DNA of 57,413 nucleotides from NCBI GenBank assembly GCA_964448055.1, contig CAYUVB010000001.1:45436-102848 (forward strand), written 5' to 3'. Position numbers and translations under genes: made by a program. The notes under the pieces are model-generated. The model was given only the letters and a program-made list of their open reading frames with translations. It did no database searches and had not been told where the DNA came from. Below, piece after piece: positions 10,081 through 19,774 of the stretch (position 1 is the stretch's first letter; the number at the start of each line of letters is the position of its first letter). This DNA is from an uncultured Desulfurococcales archaeon (lineage in GTDB: Archaea; Thermoproteota; Thermoprotei_A; Sulfolobales; WANQ01).

Positions 10081-10851
10081 ATGAGTAGTGATGAGGCGTC
10101 TTTAACGGTGTTATTGCTGGAGGTTAAGGGTTTAGAAGTAGAGGTATCCGGTAGAAGGGTTCTAAAGGGGGTCAACTTAAGGGTAGGTGAAGGAGAAGTA
10201 CATGTTATAATGGGACCTAATGCTACTGGTAAATCAACATTACTCGCTAGCATAATGGGCCTTAGGAAGTACCGTGTAGTTAATGGTAAAATATTATTCA
10301 TGGGTAAAGATATAACTGATAAACCATCTTATGAGAGAGCTAAGATGGGTATAGCGTTAGGTCACCAAATACCACCAAGTGTTAAAGGGTTAAGGGTTAA
10401 AGATATTGTTTCAGCTATGTTATCTAAATATCATTGTAGTGACGAGACATTACTTGCCAAGATTCTCTCAGTAGACTATTTAATGGACAGATACTTGTTT
10501 GTAGGATTTAGTGGTGGTGAGAGGAAGAGACTTGAATTATATCTAACTCTGCTACAAAAACCTAGATTAGCAATGTTAGATGAACCTGATAGTGGTGTAG
10601 ATGTTGATAGCATTGATAAGATAGTTTCAGCTATAAAGATACTATCTGATAAAGGGGCATCTGTACTTTTAGTTACACATACTGGTCATATTCTATCAAA
10701 ACTTATGCAAAAACATAGGATAGATGTTGCACACTTAATGATTGATGGAAAAATAGTTTTCTCAGGTATACCTGATGAAGTTATAGCAATGGTATTTAAG
10801 TATGGATATCGTAAAGCAGTAGAGAAATTAGTAGGAGGCGTTATTCAATGA
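10081..10851 (+). CDS. sufC: Fe-S cluster assembly ATPase SufC
   Basis: Walker A GPNATGKST, signature FSGGERKR and Walker B LAMLDEPDSGVD. Length and neighbour match SufC. Confidence 0.9.
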   Translation: MSSDEASLTVLLLEVKGLEVEVSGRRVLKGVNLRVGEGEVHVIMGPNATGKSTLLASIMGLRKYRVVNGKILFMGKDITDKPSYERAKMGIALGHQIPPSVKGLRVKDIVSAMLSKYHCSDETLLAKILSVDYLMDRYLFVGFSGGERKRLELYLTLLQKPRLAMLDEPDSGVDVDSIDKIVSAIKILSDKGASVLLVTHTGHILSKLMQKHRIDVAHLMIDGKIVFSGIPDEVIAMVFKYGYRKAVEKLVGGVIQ

Positions 10852-12068
10852 GTCTTAAAGAAAAGGCTATAAAAGCATTATCTAAGAAGGCTAAGTATGG
10901 CCCCGATATAAGCTTAGAGGATTATATAATTGAGATGCATGAACCAAGTGTTTCTGAGGAGGAAGTACTTGAGAAGATAAGAGAGCCTGCCAGTAGACTT
11001 GGTATGAGCAATAAAGAATTAAGCCAAGCTAGTTATATACAAGTCAACGAGTTAATTCTCCATCGTGCATTAATAGAAGGACTTAGAAAACAAGGAGTAA
11101 TAGTGATGAGCACAGGTGAAGCACTAAGAAAGATACCATGGGTTAAAGAATATTATTGGAAGAATGTTGATGTATCACAGGATAAGTATACTGCTGCAGT
11201 AGAACTATATGGTAAGAGGCAAGGCTACTTCATATATGTTCCACCAGGAGTCAAGGTAAAATATCCCATATACACTTGTCTCCTAATAACAGATAATAGA
11301 CAAGCACAATTAGTCCATAACATAGTGATAGTTGATGAAGGAGCTGAACTGAATTTAGTAACAGGCTGTGCTACTGGACATAGGGTTAAGACAGCACTAC
11401 ATATAGGTGTATCAGAGTTCTATGTCAAGAAGAATGCTAAACTATCATTTGCTATGATACATGCCTGGGGCAGCGGTATTCACGTTAGACCTAGAACTAG
11501 TGTAAGGGTCTGGGAGGGAGGAGAATATATTAGCTATTACTTGATATACAGTGATGTAGCTAGTATTCAACAGTATCCATCAGTAAGATTAAGTCGTAAA
11601 GCAAAACTTCATACAGCCTCAATTATAGTTGGCTCAGGTAACTCCATATACGATGTAGGCTCAGAAGCAGTACTTGAAGATGAGGAAGCCAGTGCTGAAA
11701 TAATCTCAAGAGTTGTCGCTAAAGATGAAGCATGGGTTGCAGCTAGAGCACATATAATGGCGTACCATGGTGCTACGCGTGGTCACATAGAGTGCTTAGG
11801 GCTGCCATTATCAAGTAAGGCAACCATTAAGGCTTTACCGGAACTAGAAACCCATGTTGAAGGAGCAGAACTTACACATGAAGCAGCTATAGGCAAGATA
11901 GCTGAGGAGGAAATAGAGTACTTGATGTCACGTGGATTCACAGAGGATGAAGCACGTGCATTAATACTACGTGGATTCCTAAGGGTAGACATGCCTGGTC
12001 TACCACTCACTATACGCAAGACGATAGACCATGTAGCTCGTATGCTTGCTGAAAGAGCTACTGGTTAA
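10848..12068 (+). CDS. sufB: Fe-S cluster assembly scaffold, SufB/SufD family
   Basis: 406-aa ORF overlapping the sufC stop by 4 nt. It has beta-helix-type SufB/D core repeats (HNIVIVDEGAELNLVTGC..., IISRVVAKDEAWVAARAHI) and a C-terminal LTHEAAIGKI motif. Confidence 0.85.
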   Translation: MSLKEKAIKALSKKAKYGPDISLEDYIIEMHEPSVSEEEVLEKIREPASRLGMSNKELSQASYIQVNELILHRALIEGLRKQGVIVMSTGEALRKIPWVKEYYWKNVDVSQDKYTAAVELYGKRQGYFIYVPPGVKVKYPIYTCLLITDNRQAQLVHNIVIVDEGAELNLVTGCATGHRVKTALHIGVSEFYVKKNAKLSFAMIHAWGSGIHVRPRTSVRVWEGGEYISYYLIYSDVASIQQYPSVRLSRKAKLHTASIIVGSGNSIYDVGSEAVLEDEEASAEIISRVVAKDEAWVAARAHIMAYHGATRGHIECLGLPLSSKATIKALPELETHVEGAELTHEAAIGKIAEEEIEYLMSRGFTEDEARALILRGFLRVDMPGLPLTIRKTIDHVARMLAERATG

Positions 12069-12071
12069 ATC

Positions 12072-12623
12072 TTAACCAAAAACTATCTTTGACAGAAGCA
12101 ATGCGGATGCAGTAATACAGCGATAACCTCTATCCCTTAGATCATCACCTAACTTTGGCTCAGGTACACCACTTGCTTCAGCAAATCTTCTAAACGCTGT
12201 GCAGACGTCTTCTACGCCAACATTATCTATGTAGCCTTCATCGAATTCCTCCTTATAGATGAGTATTTTGCCTAATATCTCAAATAATTCGTCTTCACCC
12301 AATGATTCAATGATGGCTCCTTTATCTTTAGGTTTTATCTCTTCGTGCCATTTAATTAGATCAGGATAGTAGGGTAGCGGATGTAGTAGGTATATGTACT
12401 TGTTGACAAGGTTTTCTAGTAATAATCTTACATCGCCTACATCTTCTCCTAGTCCTTCAAGTACGCTCACTACGGAGAATGTGTATACTATGTCCTCTAA
12501 TAGGCTTGTATCCCATTCCCTCTCATACTCTTTAGCTAATTCTACACTTGGTGATGTTATTTGACTTGAAGGTTGGATTTCACTAATAGCCGTGTTAATC
12601 ATGTATATGTCTGAAGCATTCAC
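12072..12623 (-). CDS. hypothetical acidic cytoplasmic protein
   Basis: 183-aa ORF rich in D/E. No family recognised. Confidence 0.45.
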   Translation of the reverse strand: MNASDIYMINTAISEIQPSSQITSPSVELAKEYEREWDTSLLEDIVYTFSVVSVLEGLGEDVGDVRLLLENLVNKYIYLLHPLPYYPDLIKWHEEIKPKDKGAIIESLGEDELFEILGKILIYKEEFDEGYIDNVGVEDVCTAFRRFAEASGVPEPKLGDDLRDRGYRCITASALLLSKIVFG

Positions 12624-12893
12624 GCTTGCTCCACCACCGCATAAGACCTAGAGACCATGTAACGGTATAAATACTGGGCGCCCAATAATACTGTGGTAAT
12701 CCTTTAATCATAGATGTAGAATACTACTTCGTAGTAAACGAGGTTGTAAATGTTCAGAAGGGGCGGACTATTCGTCATCGCTCTACGTCTTCTCGGCTAT
12801 ATCGCTGGCGTAGTCATCATTCTCAGATAGTCCTAGATGGATATAGTCTTATAGCCCTATCTATTTATCGCTGATACACTAGAGGTTAACTAG

Positions 12894-13859
12894 ATGAAGA
12901 TTGTAGCTCTTGCACCAGGTAAGGTCATATTATTTGGTGAACATTTTGTTGTTAAAGGAAAGCCAGCTATAGCTGTAGCATTAGGGCTAAGACTGAAGGT
13001 TGAAGTACGAGAGTATACTGGTGGTATAGTAGTTATATCGAGAAATACTGGTGAGAGATTAGTAGTTGATCCAGGAACATTAAGCGCTAGTAGTAATAAC
13101 CTTAAACAGCTCATAGCTATACTAAGAAGGCTTAAAGACATGTGTGGCTCTCTTAAACCGGCTTATATTGAAATACATTCAGATATACCAATTGCTGCAG
13201 GATTAGGTTCAAGTGCTTCGTTAGCAGTAGCTTTCACAGCGGCGTTCTCAAGATACCTGGGACTACATCTCAACAAGTATGAAATATCCAATATAGCATA
13301 TGAAGCTGAGAAAATAGTACATGGCAAGCCTAGCGGTATAGATAATACTATAGCTTCTATTGGTGGAGCAATACTTTACCGTAAAGGCTCTATTCGAAGT
13401 ATAAGTATATCGAAATTAGATGAAGTAGCATTAATAATAGCTGATACTGGAATAGAAAGGTCAACACGTGAAGCTGTTCTTAAAGTTTTATCCCTATGTG
13501 AAAGACATCCAAAGGTTATGGAGAAAATATATGATGCCTCCGAGGAAATAGTCCATGAAGCTGAGCAAGCATTAAGGAACGGTGAATGGGAGCGTATAGG
13601 AGAACTAATGAATATAAACCATGGCTTATTATCAGCTATTGGTGTATCATTAATCGAATTGGAGAAACTAGTTTATGTTGCTCGTAAAGCAGGTGCTTTA
13701 GGTGCAAAGATTACTGGAGCAGGTATGGGCGGCTCAATCATAGCTTTAGCTTGGAAGAGAAAGGCTAACCAGGTGGTAGAAGCACTTAGAAGGGAGGCTA
13801 AATTAGTAATAAGTACGGGTATAGATAGAGAAGGAGTTATAGTAAGGGAAGAAAATTGA
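12894..13859 (+). CDS. mvk: mevalonate kinase (GHMP kinase)
   Basis: N-terminal APGKVILFGEHFVVKG and the GHMP ATP motif PIAAGLGSSASLAVA. 321 aa. Confidence 0.85.
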   Translation: MKIVALAPGKVILFGEHFVVKGKPAIAVALGLRLKVEVREYTGGIVVISRNTGERLVVDPGTLSASSNNLKQLIAILRRLKDMCGSLKPAYIEIHSDIPIAAGLGSSASLAVAFTAAFSRYLGLHLNKYEISNIAYEAEKIVHGKPSGIDNTIASIGGAILYRKGSIRSISISKLDEVALIIADTGIERSTREAVLKVLSLCERHPKVMEKIYDASEEIVHEAEQALRNGEWERIGELMNINHGLLSAIGVSLIELEKLVYVARKAGALGAKITGAGMGGSIIALAWKRKANQVVEALRREAKLVISTGIDREGVIVREEN

Positions 13860-14560
13860 TACTCGACGAAAGATATCTAGCAATAGACTTACTAAGAGCA
13901 TTAAAAAAGTACTTAACTTATAGCGAACTAGAAGAATATCTTCAAATACCTGCACCAGGATTATGGAGGTATGTTAATGCTAAAATAATCCCTACTCGTG
14001 AGAAAGCCCGTGAAATACTATCTAGGATCATAGAATACAAGCTCGTATCCAAGGTAATTAAAACTCGTTTAAGAATTGTTGAAGAAGGAATAGTGAATAC
14101 ATATAATGTAATATACGATCCAAGTATACTTAAACTACTAGGATACGAAGCTTACAGCATGTTCAAGGACTATAAGCCAACATTAATAATGAGTGCTGAA
14201 GTAGATGGTATACCGCTCGCTATTAGTGTAGCTGAATACTTTGATTCCAAGGTCCTTATAGTGAAGAAGCGTCGTGAGGCAGGATTTAAAGATTACATAG
14301 AATACGCTATGGTGTCTAGAGATATACCTGCTATAACTACACTGTATGCTCCTAAGGAACTCTTTAATCGTGGAGATAAGGTTCTAATAGTTGACGACCT
14401 ACTTCGTACAGGTAGAACATGTAATGCTCTCATAGAAATAGCTAGGGAAGCCAAGGTAGACATTGTAGGAGTTTTTGCAGCTATAGCAGTAGGCTACGAA
14501 TGGACTAAACATGTAAGGAATACAAGAGTACATGTAGTTTTTCAAGTTGAAGCTCTTTAA
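13856..14560 (+). CDS. winged-helix / phosphoribosyltransferase-domain protein (PurR/GfcR-like architecture)
   Basis: TTG start overlaps the mvk stop (TTGA). The N-terminal ~70 aa are HTH-like. The C-terminal type I PRTase PRPP loop is VLIVDDLLRTGRT. Confidence 0.65.
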   Translation: MILDERYLAIDLLRALKKYLTYSELEEYLQIPAPGLWRYVNAKIIPTREKAREILSRIIEYKLVSKVIKTRLRIVEEGIVNTYNVIYDPSILKLLGYEAYSMFKDYKPTLIMSAEVDGIPLAISVAEYFDSKVLIVKKRREAGFKDYIEYAMVSRDIPAITTLYAPKELFNRGDKVLIVDDLLRTGRTCNALIEIAREAKVDIVGVFAAIAVGYEWTKHVRNTRVHVVFQVEAL

Positions 14561-14958
14561 CGTCTTCTCCTCTTATAGTACCTTGTTCTCCAGATCCTAG
14601 AGTATACTATTGGACCTATGAAGTAAGCTATGAATAAAGTCACAACTAGTAGAGCAATATAACCACTATTAACACCTAGTAAAGCTAAATCATTAATTCT
14701 ACCTTTAAATACGTAAACTATTGCTGAAATACCTATACCGATAACATAGCCTATGCCGTAACCTATGACACTTGTTATTGGTATAATGTCTCGTGCACGA
14801 AGATATTCACCAGAATATGTGAAAGCAACAATTATTCCCGAGGCTATACTTGCAGCAATTATTGCTATATAGGCTAAATTTACGCTTAAGCTAGTTAAAA
14901 CGGCAACTAATATAGCTGTAATAATAATAGAATAGATTAATGTCTTGCTGTCATACAT
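14557..14958 (-). CDS. small membrane protein (4 TM), basic C-terminal tail
   Basis: 133-aa hydrophobic ORF ending in RTRYYKRRRR. Confidence 0.5.
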   Translation of the reverse strand: MYDSKTLIYSIIITAILVAVLTSLSVNLAYIAIIAASIASGIIVAFTYSGEYLRARDIIPITSVIGYGIGYVIGIGISAIVYVFKGRINDLALLGVNSGYIALLVVTLFIAYFIGPIVYSRIWRTRYYKRRRR

Positions 14959-15053
14959 TGATTTAACACCTTCCCGGTATAGCGTAGTATTGATATGTGC
15001 TAGAAGCCTAGTAGAAGCTGAGAAATAAAAGGTTCACTCCTAGAATATATTAG

Positions 15054-16184
15054 CTACTTGATTAAAGGTCTCCTACGTGTAACAGCTATTATGAAATGCC
15101 TAAGTATCTCCCTTATATTTTCGGGATGCTTATCTTCTCTTAAACCATCTATAATTACTTGCTCGTTTGTAACAACTATATTTCTAGCCTTAATTCTTAG
15201 ATATTCAAATAGATCGTAAAACCATTTGGTTTTTACTGTGGGTAATTCTCCTTTACCACATGGACCATATTTACAAGCATTACATGACAGCCTATGTGCC
15301 TCGATATTTGCTGCGCAAGCAGAAGGATACACCTTTATACCATAGGATTCGAGTACCCTTTTTACCTTAGCTTTAAGGTCTTGTTCAATAATTGTTACTT
15401 GATCACGATTACCTCTTGGTTTTCGTGGTAACCTCTTATTAACCTCGTTAACGGGATAACCTATCGATGCCAGCCTCTTAATAATTCCTGGGGTGACTCT
15501 AAGAGAACCTAATACAGCACCGTTAACTCCCACTTCCATAGCATATGCTGCTATTCTTTCTATTTCCTTATCAGTTATCCCTGGTATTATTGGGCGTACG
15601 AATAATGTAACATGTAGACCTGTTTTTCTCAACTCTCTTACCGATTCCAATCTCTTAATAGGTGATGGGGCATTAGGTTCTAATTGTTTAGCTTTTTCTA
15701 TGGTTACGACTGTTAATAGTATACTTAATCTTGGTTCAGCTTTCTTAAGCTTTCTAGCAGTATCAGAACTGAGTGGTATCTTAGTTGAAACTTGGCTAGG
15801 TAGTTTTAAATACTCGTATACTGTTCTAATGTATTCTATTGCTTTATCCATGGTTTCTGATAGAAAGGGTTCCGTAACACTACCATAGGCAGCAAGAGTA
15901 TATCCAGGAAATACGTAAGGATTTACTGCTAATGAATACACAAGTTCTAAGGGTGATAAAGGATAAGGTCTAGGTTTCATTTCAAAACCCATGTCAGGTA
16001 CATAGCAGTATAAGCAACCAAGACTACATCCTATACCTGTATGTATGGTCATACCACAAGGTCTAGGTTTACGCTTCGCGTGATGATCTCTTTTTGCCTT
16101 GGATATCGATTTATCATCCAGTAGTGATTCTAGAAATTCTATAATCTTCTTCTTCCCCTCAAATACACCCACCAAGGGGTTCAT
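15054..16184 (-). CDS. radical SAM protein
   Basis: CxxxCxxC motif (GCSLGCLYCY) near the N-terminus and a TIM-barrel-length core. There is an extra C-terminal Cys cluster (CAAN...CNACKYGPCGKG). It possibly belongs to the SplB-like COG1533 group. Confidence 0.8.
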   Translation of the reverse strand: MNPLVGVFEGKKKIIEFLESLLDDKSISKAKRDHHAKRKPRPCGMTIHTGIGCSLGCLYCYVPDMGFEMKPRPYPLSPLELVYSLAVNPYVFPGYTLAAYGSVTEPFLSETMDKAIEYIRTVYEYLKLPSQVSTKIPLSSDTARKLKKAEPRLSILLTVVTIEKAKQLEPNAPSPIKRLESVRELRKTGLHVTLFVRPIIPGITDKEIERIAAYAMEVGVNGAVLGSLRVTPGIIKRLASIGYPVNEVNKRLPRKPRGNRDQVTIIEQDLKAKVKRVLESYGIKVYPSACAANIEAHRLSCNACKYGPCGKGELPTVKTKWFYDLFEYLRIKARNIVVTNEQVIIDGLREDKHPENIREILRHFIIAVTRRRPLIK

Positions 16185-16336
16185 GGTGCTCTATCCTTAG
16201 CAGTGCCTCCTAGTTCAATAAATCTTAATACTTATGTAGACTATTTAGCAGTCATTAATACTTAACTTGTTTAGAACAAGAAAGTATATGAAAGTATGGG
16301 TTACTGTAACCCTAAGTAACGGTAGGAGAAGTAGGG

Positions 16337-16966
16337 ATGATATTCAAGTGCCTTGGCTGTGGCAATTGTTGTAGACTTTCACCAATAACATTGTTGCCTC
16401 ATGAAGTACATATACTTAGACGTGAGGCTCGGAGGCTCGATATTAATGTAGAAATAAAACCTGGATACATGGTTTACGATGCAGTATCAAGGTCGCTTAT
16501 AGTACTATCATATCATCTTGAATTAGACAGTAAAACTCGTAGATGTCCTTTCTTAATGAGCGACAATAAATGCTTACTGCATGGACGTTATAAACCGTAC
16601 ACATGTAAGAGCTTCCCTTACGTTCCAAGGGAAATACATTACATTGTTGATCGATTAACTAAGACTATAGCTCATAGATCAATCTATGGTATTTCTACAG
16701 CATGCTTGTTCGTCAAACAGCATAGCAAGAAAATCGAGGAACTAGTAAAACTCTATGGAATTCAAAAGATCTTTCCCAACGAATATAAGAGCGCTCATGA
16801 GGCAGAAACTTGGCGTAAATGGTATATGGCTGCATTAACGCTACTTTGGAGACATGGTTTAATAAACCTTTACAGTGACGTAAACGTAGAAGATGCAAGA
16901 AGAGTTAATGCCTATGATTTTATAGTTGCTAGAATGATAGTCCTACGTAGTATATTATTGAGATAA
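16337..16966 (+). CDS. YkgJ-type zinc/iron-chelating Cys-cluster protein
   Basis: N-terminal CLGCGNCC followed by CPFL...NKCLLH and YTCKSFP, typical of the UPF0153/YkgJ family. Confidence 0.6.
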   Translation: MIFKCLGCGNCCRLSPITLLPHEVHILRREARRLDINVEIKPGYMVYDAVSRSLIVLSYHLELDSKTRRCPFLMSDNKCLLHGRYKPYTCKSFPYVPREIHYIVDRLTKTIAHRSIYGISTACLFVKQHSKKIEELVKLYGIQKIFPNEYKSAHEAETWRKWYMAALTLLWRHGLINLYSDVNVEDARRVNAYDFIVARMIVLRSILLR

Positions 16967-17059
16967 TGTTCTTAGAAGAGATTAAGAGGAAAATCTTTTT
17001 CAGTAAAGACCTTCTAGCTCCCTTATAGTTCCGTAGAGAGTACCATATGGGGTTAAGTC

Positions 17060-18538
17060 TTGTCGACTATTGAGGTTGAGCAACGTAAGAAGATTAGAGA
17101 GGAATTGATAAAGGAAGGAGTAAACCCTTATCCGCATCAACCAAAGTATACTCCTATACCGGTTAAAGAGGTAGTAAGTTCCCCACATATAGGATCAAAA
17201 GTTAACATTGCTGGTAGGATCGTAGCAATTAGACGACATGGCAAAATAGTGTTCGTAGACTTAGTCGATGATGGTGTAAGAATACAATTATACATTTCAC
17301 CAAATACCATAAGTGATGAGAAATTCAAATGGTTCTTAGATAACATCGACCTAGGAGACTACATTAATGTTCATGGAGAGCTGTTTTACACTAAACGTGG
17401 TGAATTAACGGTTAAAATAGAAGACTATCAACTATTAGCTAAGGCATTACGTAGTCCGCCAGTAAAATATGGTCACCGTATAATGGATCCTGAAGTAAGA
17501 TATCGTAAGAGATACCTAGATATAATGTTAACTCCTAAGATAAGATGGATCTTTGAAGTAAGATTTAAGACAATAGAAGAGATAAGGAAGTTTATGTGGT
17601 CACGAGGATACATAGAAGTTGAGACACCGATACTACAACCTGTTTATGGAGGAGCTGTGGCAAGACCCTTTACAACGCGTGTATGGGCTTTAGATGAGGA
17701 GTGGTATCTACGTATAAGCCCAGAGCTCTATCTTAAGAGACTAATAGTGGCAGGGTTCAATAAGGTATTTGAGATAGGAAAGAACTTCCGTAACGAAGAC
17801 ATAGACGTTCATCATAATCCAGAGTTTACAATGATGGAAGCTTATAAAGCATACGCAGATTATCATGATATGATGAGACTTACAGAGGATCTAGTATCAA
17901 CTGTAGCATACCGTGTACTAGGTAAGACGAAAATAACTTATCCAATAGAATCTGAAGAGGGTAAAGTAGAAGAAGTCGAAATAAACCTCTCACCTCCATG
18001 GAAGAGAATAAGGCTTGTTGACGCGTTAAGGGAATACGCTAATCTTGATCCAGAAAAACTAAGCGATGACGAAATTAAAGAATTGTTAAGAAAGTATCAA
18101 CTTAAACTAGCTGGAGGCTATGATCGTGGTAGAGCAATAGTTAAATTATTTGATCGTCTTGTAGGTAGAAGGTTGATACAACCAACATTTGTAATAGACT
18201 TCCCAGCGTCTTCATCACCATTAACAAAGCCTCATCGTGAGAACCCAGAGTATGCTGAACGATTTGAAGCATATATTGCTGGCTTAGAATTAGCAAACGC
18301 TTATACTGAGCTAAATGATCCTATCCTCCAAGCAGAATACTTTAGAAGAGAAGAAGAAAGGAAGAAGCTAGGTGACGCTGAAGCACATCCTTATGACTGG
18401 GACTTCGTTGAAGCATTAGAGTATGGTATGCCCCCTACAGGAGGATTAGGCTTAGGAATAGATAGACTTGTAATGATATTAGTGGGTACAACGTCGATTA
18501 AAGAAGTGATACTATTCCCTATGATGAAGAGAGGATAA
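17060..18538 (+). CDS. lysS: lysyl-tRNA synthetase, class II
   Basis: 492 aa with an OB anticodon-binding domain (VNIAGRIVAIRRHGKIVFVDL). Class II motifs are present: FRNEDIDVHHNPEFTMME and GGLGLGIDRLVMIL. TTG start. Confidence 0.92.
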   Translation: MSTIEVEQRKKIREELIKEGVNPYPHQPKYTPIPVKEVVSSPHIGSKVNIAGRIVAIRRHGKIVFVDLVDDGVRIQLYISPNTISDEKFKWFLDNIDLGDYINVHGELFYTKRGELTVKIEDYQLLAKALRSPPVKYGHRIMDPEVRYRKRYLDIMLTPKIRWIFEVRFKTIEEIRKFMWSRGYIEVETPILQPVYGGAVARPFTTRVWALDEEWYLRISPELYLKRLIVAGFNKVFEIGKNFRNEDIDVHHNPEFTMMEAYKAYADYHDMMRLTEDLVSTVAYRVLGKTKITYPIESEEGKVEEVEINLSPPWKRIRLVDALREYANLDPEKLSDDEIKELLRKYQLKLAGGYDRGRAIVKLFDRLVGRRLIQPTFVIDFPASSSPLTKPHRENPEYAERFEAYIAGLELANAYTELNDPILQAEYFRREEERKKLGDAEAHPYDWDFVEALEYGMPPTGGLGLGIDRLVMILVGTTSIKEVILFPMMKRG

Positions 18539-18546
18539 AATATAAG

Positions 18547-19062
18547 ATGCGTAACCAGAATCTAGAGGAGGAATTCAAAAGAATTAAGATAAACTCTAAA
18601 GTTTATTTAAGGTTACTTATAGATTCTATAGATTCAGCTATACGTAGTATAAACAATAACGAGCTAGAAAACGCTATAAGATACACATGGGACTCGTTGG
18701 TCTATCTAGTACAATACCTTTCATCAAAATATGTAGACGAACTTTACAACAGGATTAATAAAAGAATAATATCATGGTTAATGAAGAGAGGAATAACCTT
18801 ACCATTAAACGAGGTATTAGATACAATAATAATACCAAGAGCACATCGACACCTAAGACCACGTGCACGCGATCTAGAAGAGGTAGTCAAAGAAGTAAAG
18901 GGCTTATATGAACTCGTACTGCACGCTGAAGCATTATATATAACGTTGAATGAAGGCTATGAGGATGAAGAAGAGATTAAAGAATTAGTTAGGCAAATAC
19001 TACATAGGCTATTAATATACATGAATGCTTTAAGAATAATCTCTCATAAGAATATCGCATAA
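18547..19062 (+). CDS. hypothetical all-helical protein (possibly PaREP1/HEPN-like)
   Basis: 171-aa ORF predicted helical. The resemblance to archaeal PaREP1-type proteins is weak. Its 3' end overlaps the convergent gene by 33 nt. Confidence 0.4.
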   Translation: MRNQNLEEEFKRIKINSKVYLRLLIDSIDSAIRSINNNELENAIRYTWDSLVYLVQYLSSKYVDELYNRINKRIISWLMKRGITLPLNEVLDTIIIPRAHRHLRPRARDLEEVVKEVKGLYELVLHAEALYITLNEGYEDEEEIKELVRQILHRLLIYMNALRIISHKNIA

Positions 19063-19548
19063 AGTTAAAGCTATGATTCTAGCTGACTCCATAACCTTGG
19101 CACTAGGTTTTGTCCCCAAATCTAAGCATTCAACTTGGATACCTAGTAAACATATTGATTTAATACTAGGAACCATAGTCTTAATGTATTTTACGTTTAT
19201 ATTCAATGGTATATAATGTGTAGTGACAGGCGTAAAATTCTCTAATGACTCAACATTACATGTGAAATATGCTTCACCAGGCTTTAAATTTGCTAAAACA
19301 CCATCAATTATTAATACATACCTAGGCTTATATTCAATTATTTTATGCGTACATAATTCTAGCCCGCCAGGACATTCAACGACATTTACTACATTGCTAC
19401 ATGTTTTTTCAAGAATTCTACAAACCTGTAAGCCCACAACATCATCACATCTCAATTCTGTACCCATGCACACTATCAATAAATCATCATTATTGCTCAC
19501 AGCATCTTTGATCCAGCTGGATAGTTCGCTAACCCAGCTCATATTCAT
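19030..19548 (-). CDS. hydrogenase maturation endopeptidase-like protein (HycI/HyaD family)
   Basis: 172 aa with LLIVCMGTELRCDDVVG matching the family GNxxxxDDGxG region. The later VLIIDGV motif also fits. Confidence 0.6.
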   Translation of the reverse strand: MNMSWVSELSSWIKDAVSNNDDLLIVCMGTELRCDDVVGLQVCRILEKTCSNVVNVVECPGGLELCTHKIIEYKPRYVLIIDGVLANLKPGEAYFTCNVESLENFTPVTTHYIPLNINVKYIKTMVPSIKSICLLGIQVECLDLGTKPSAKVMESARIIALTLCDILMRDYS

Positions 19549-19774
19549 CCCAAGGCTAGATGTAGACTGCTTCTCATTTAATTCCTACTTTTACATGCGT
19601 AGTAGGTAGGTCGTGACATTATGTTAATATTTTTGAAATTAAGTATGAACTATTTAGTATTCTACTTCACTCATTAATGTAATACCTTAAGTCTATTATA
19701 CTATTGGCCTTATCGATATCCATGTATACTAAATTGCGAAATATATAACATTACCTTTGCAAGTAGGGATTTAA

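Noticed and set aside
15493-15888. 131-aa ORF antisense to the radical SAM gene, and similar long antisense ORFs (19223-19609, 26148-26654, 40692-41168, 52862-53242, 54029-54529, 45995-46288)
   Set aside because: Each lies entirely inside a longer ORF with clear family motifs on the other strand. The products are Ser/Thr/Leu/Ile-rich, as expected for antisense frames of AT-rich genes. None has a plausible start context.
17060-18538. Class II LysRS in an archaeon as a possible horizontal transfer
   Set aside because: Most archaea use class I LysRS. To my recollection, class II enzymes are the normal form in several crenarchaeal lineages of the Sulfolobales/Desulfurococcales type. Nothing in the flanks suggests mobility, so a phylogeny would be needed before making any claim.
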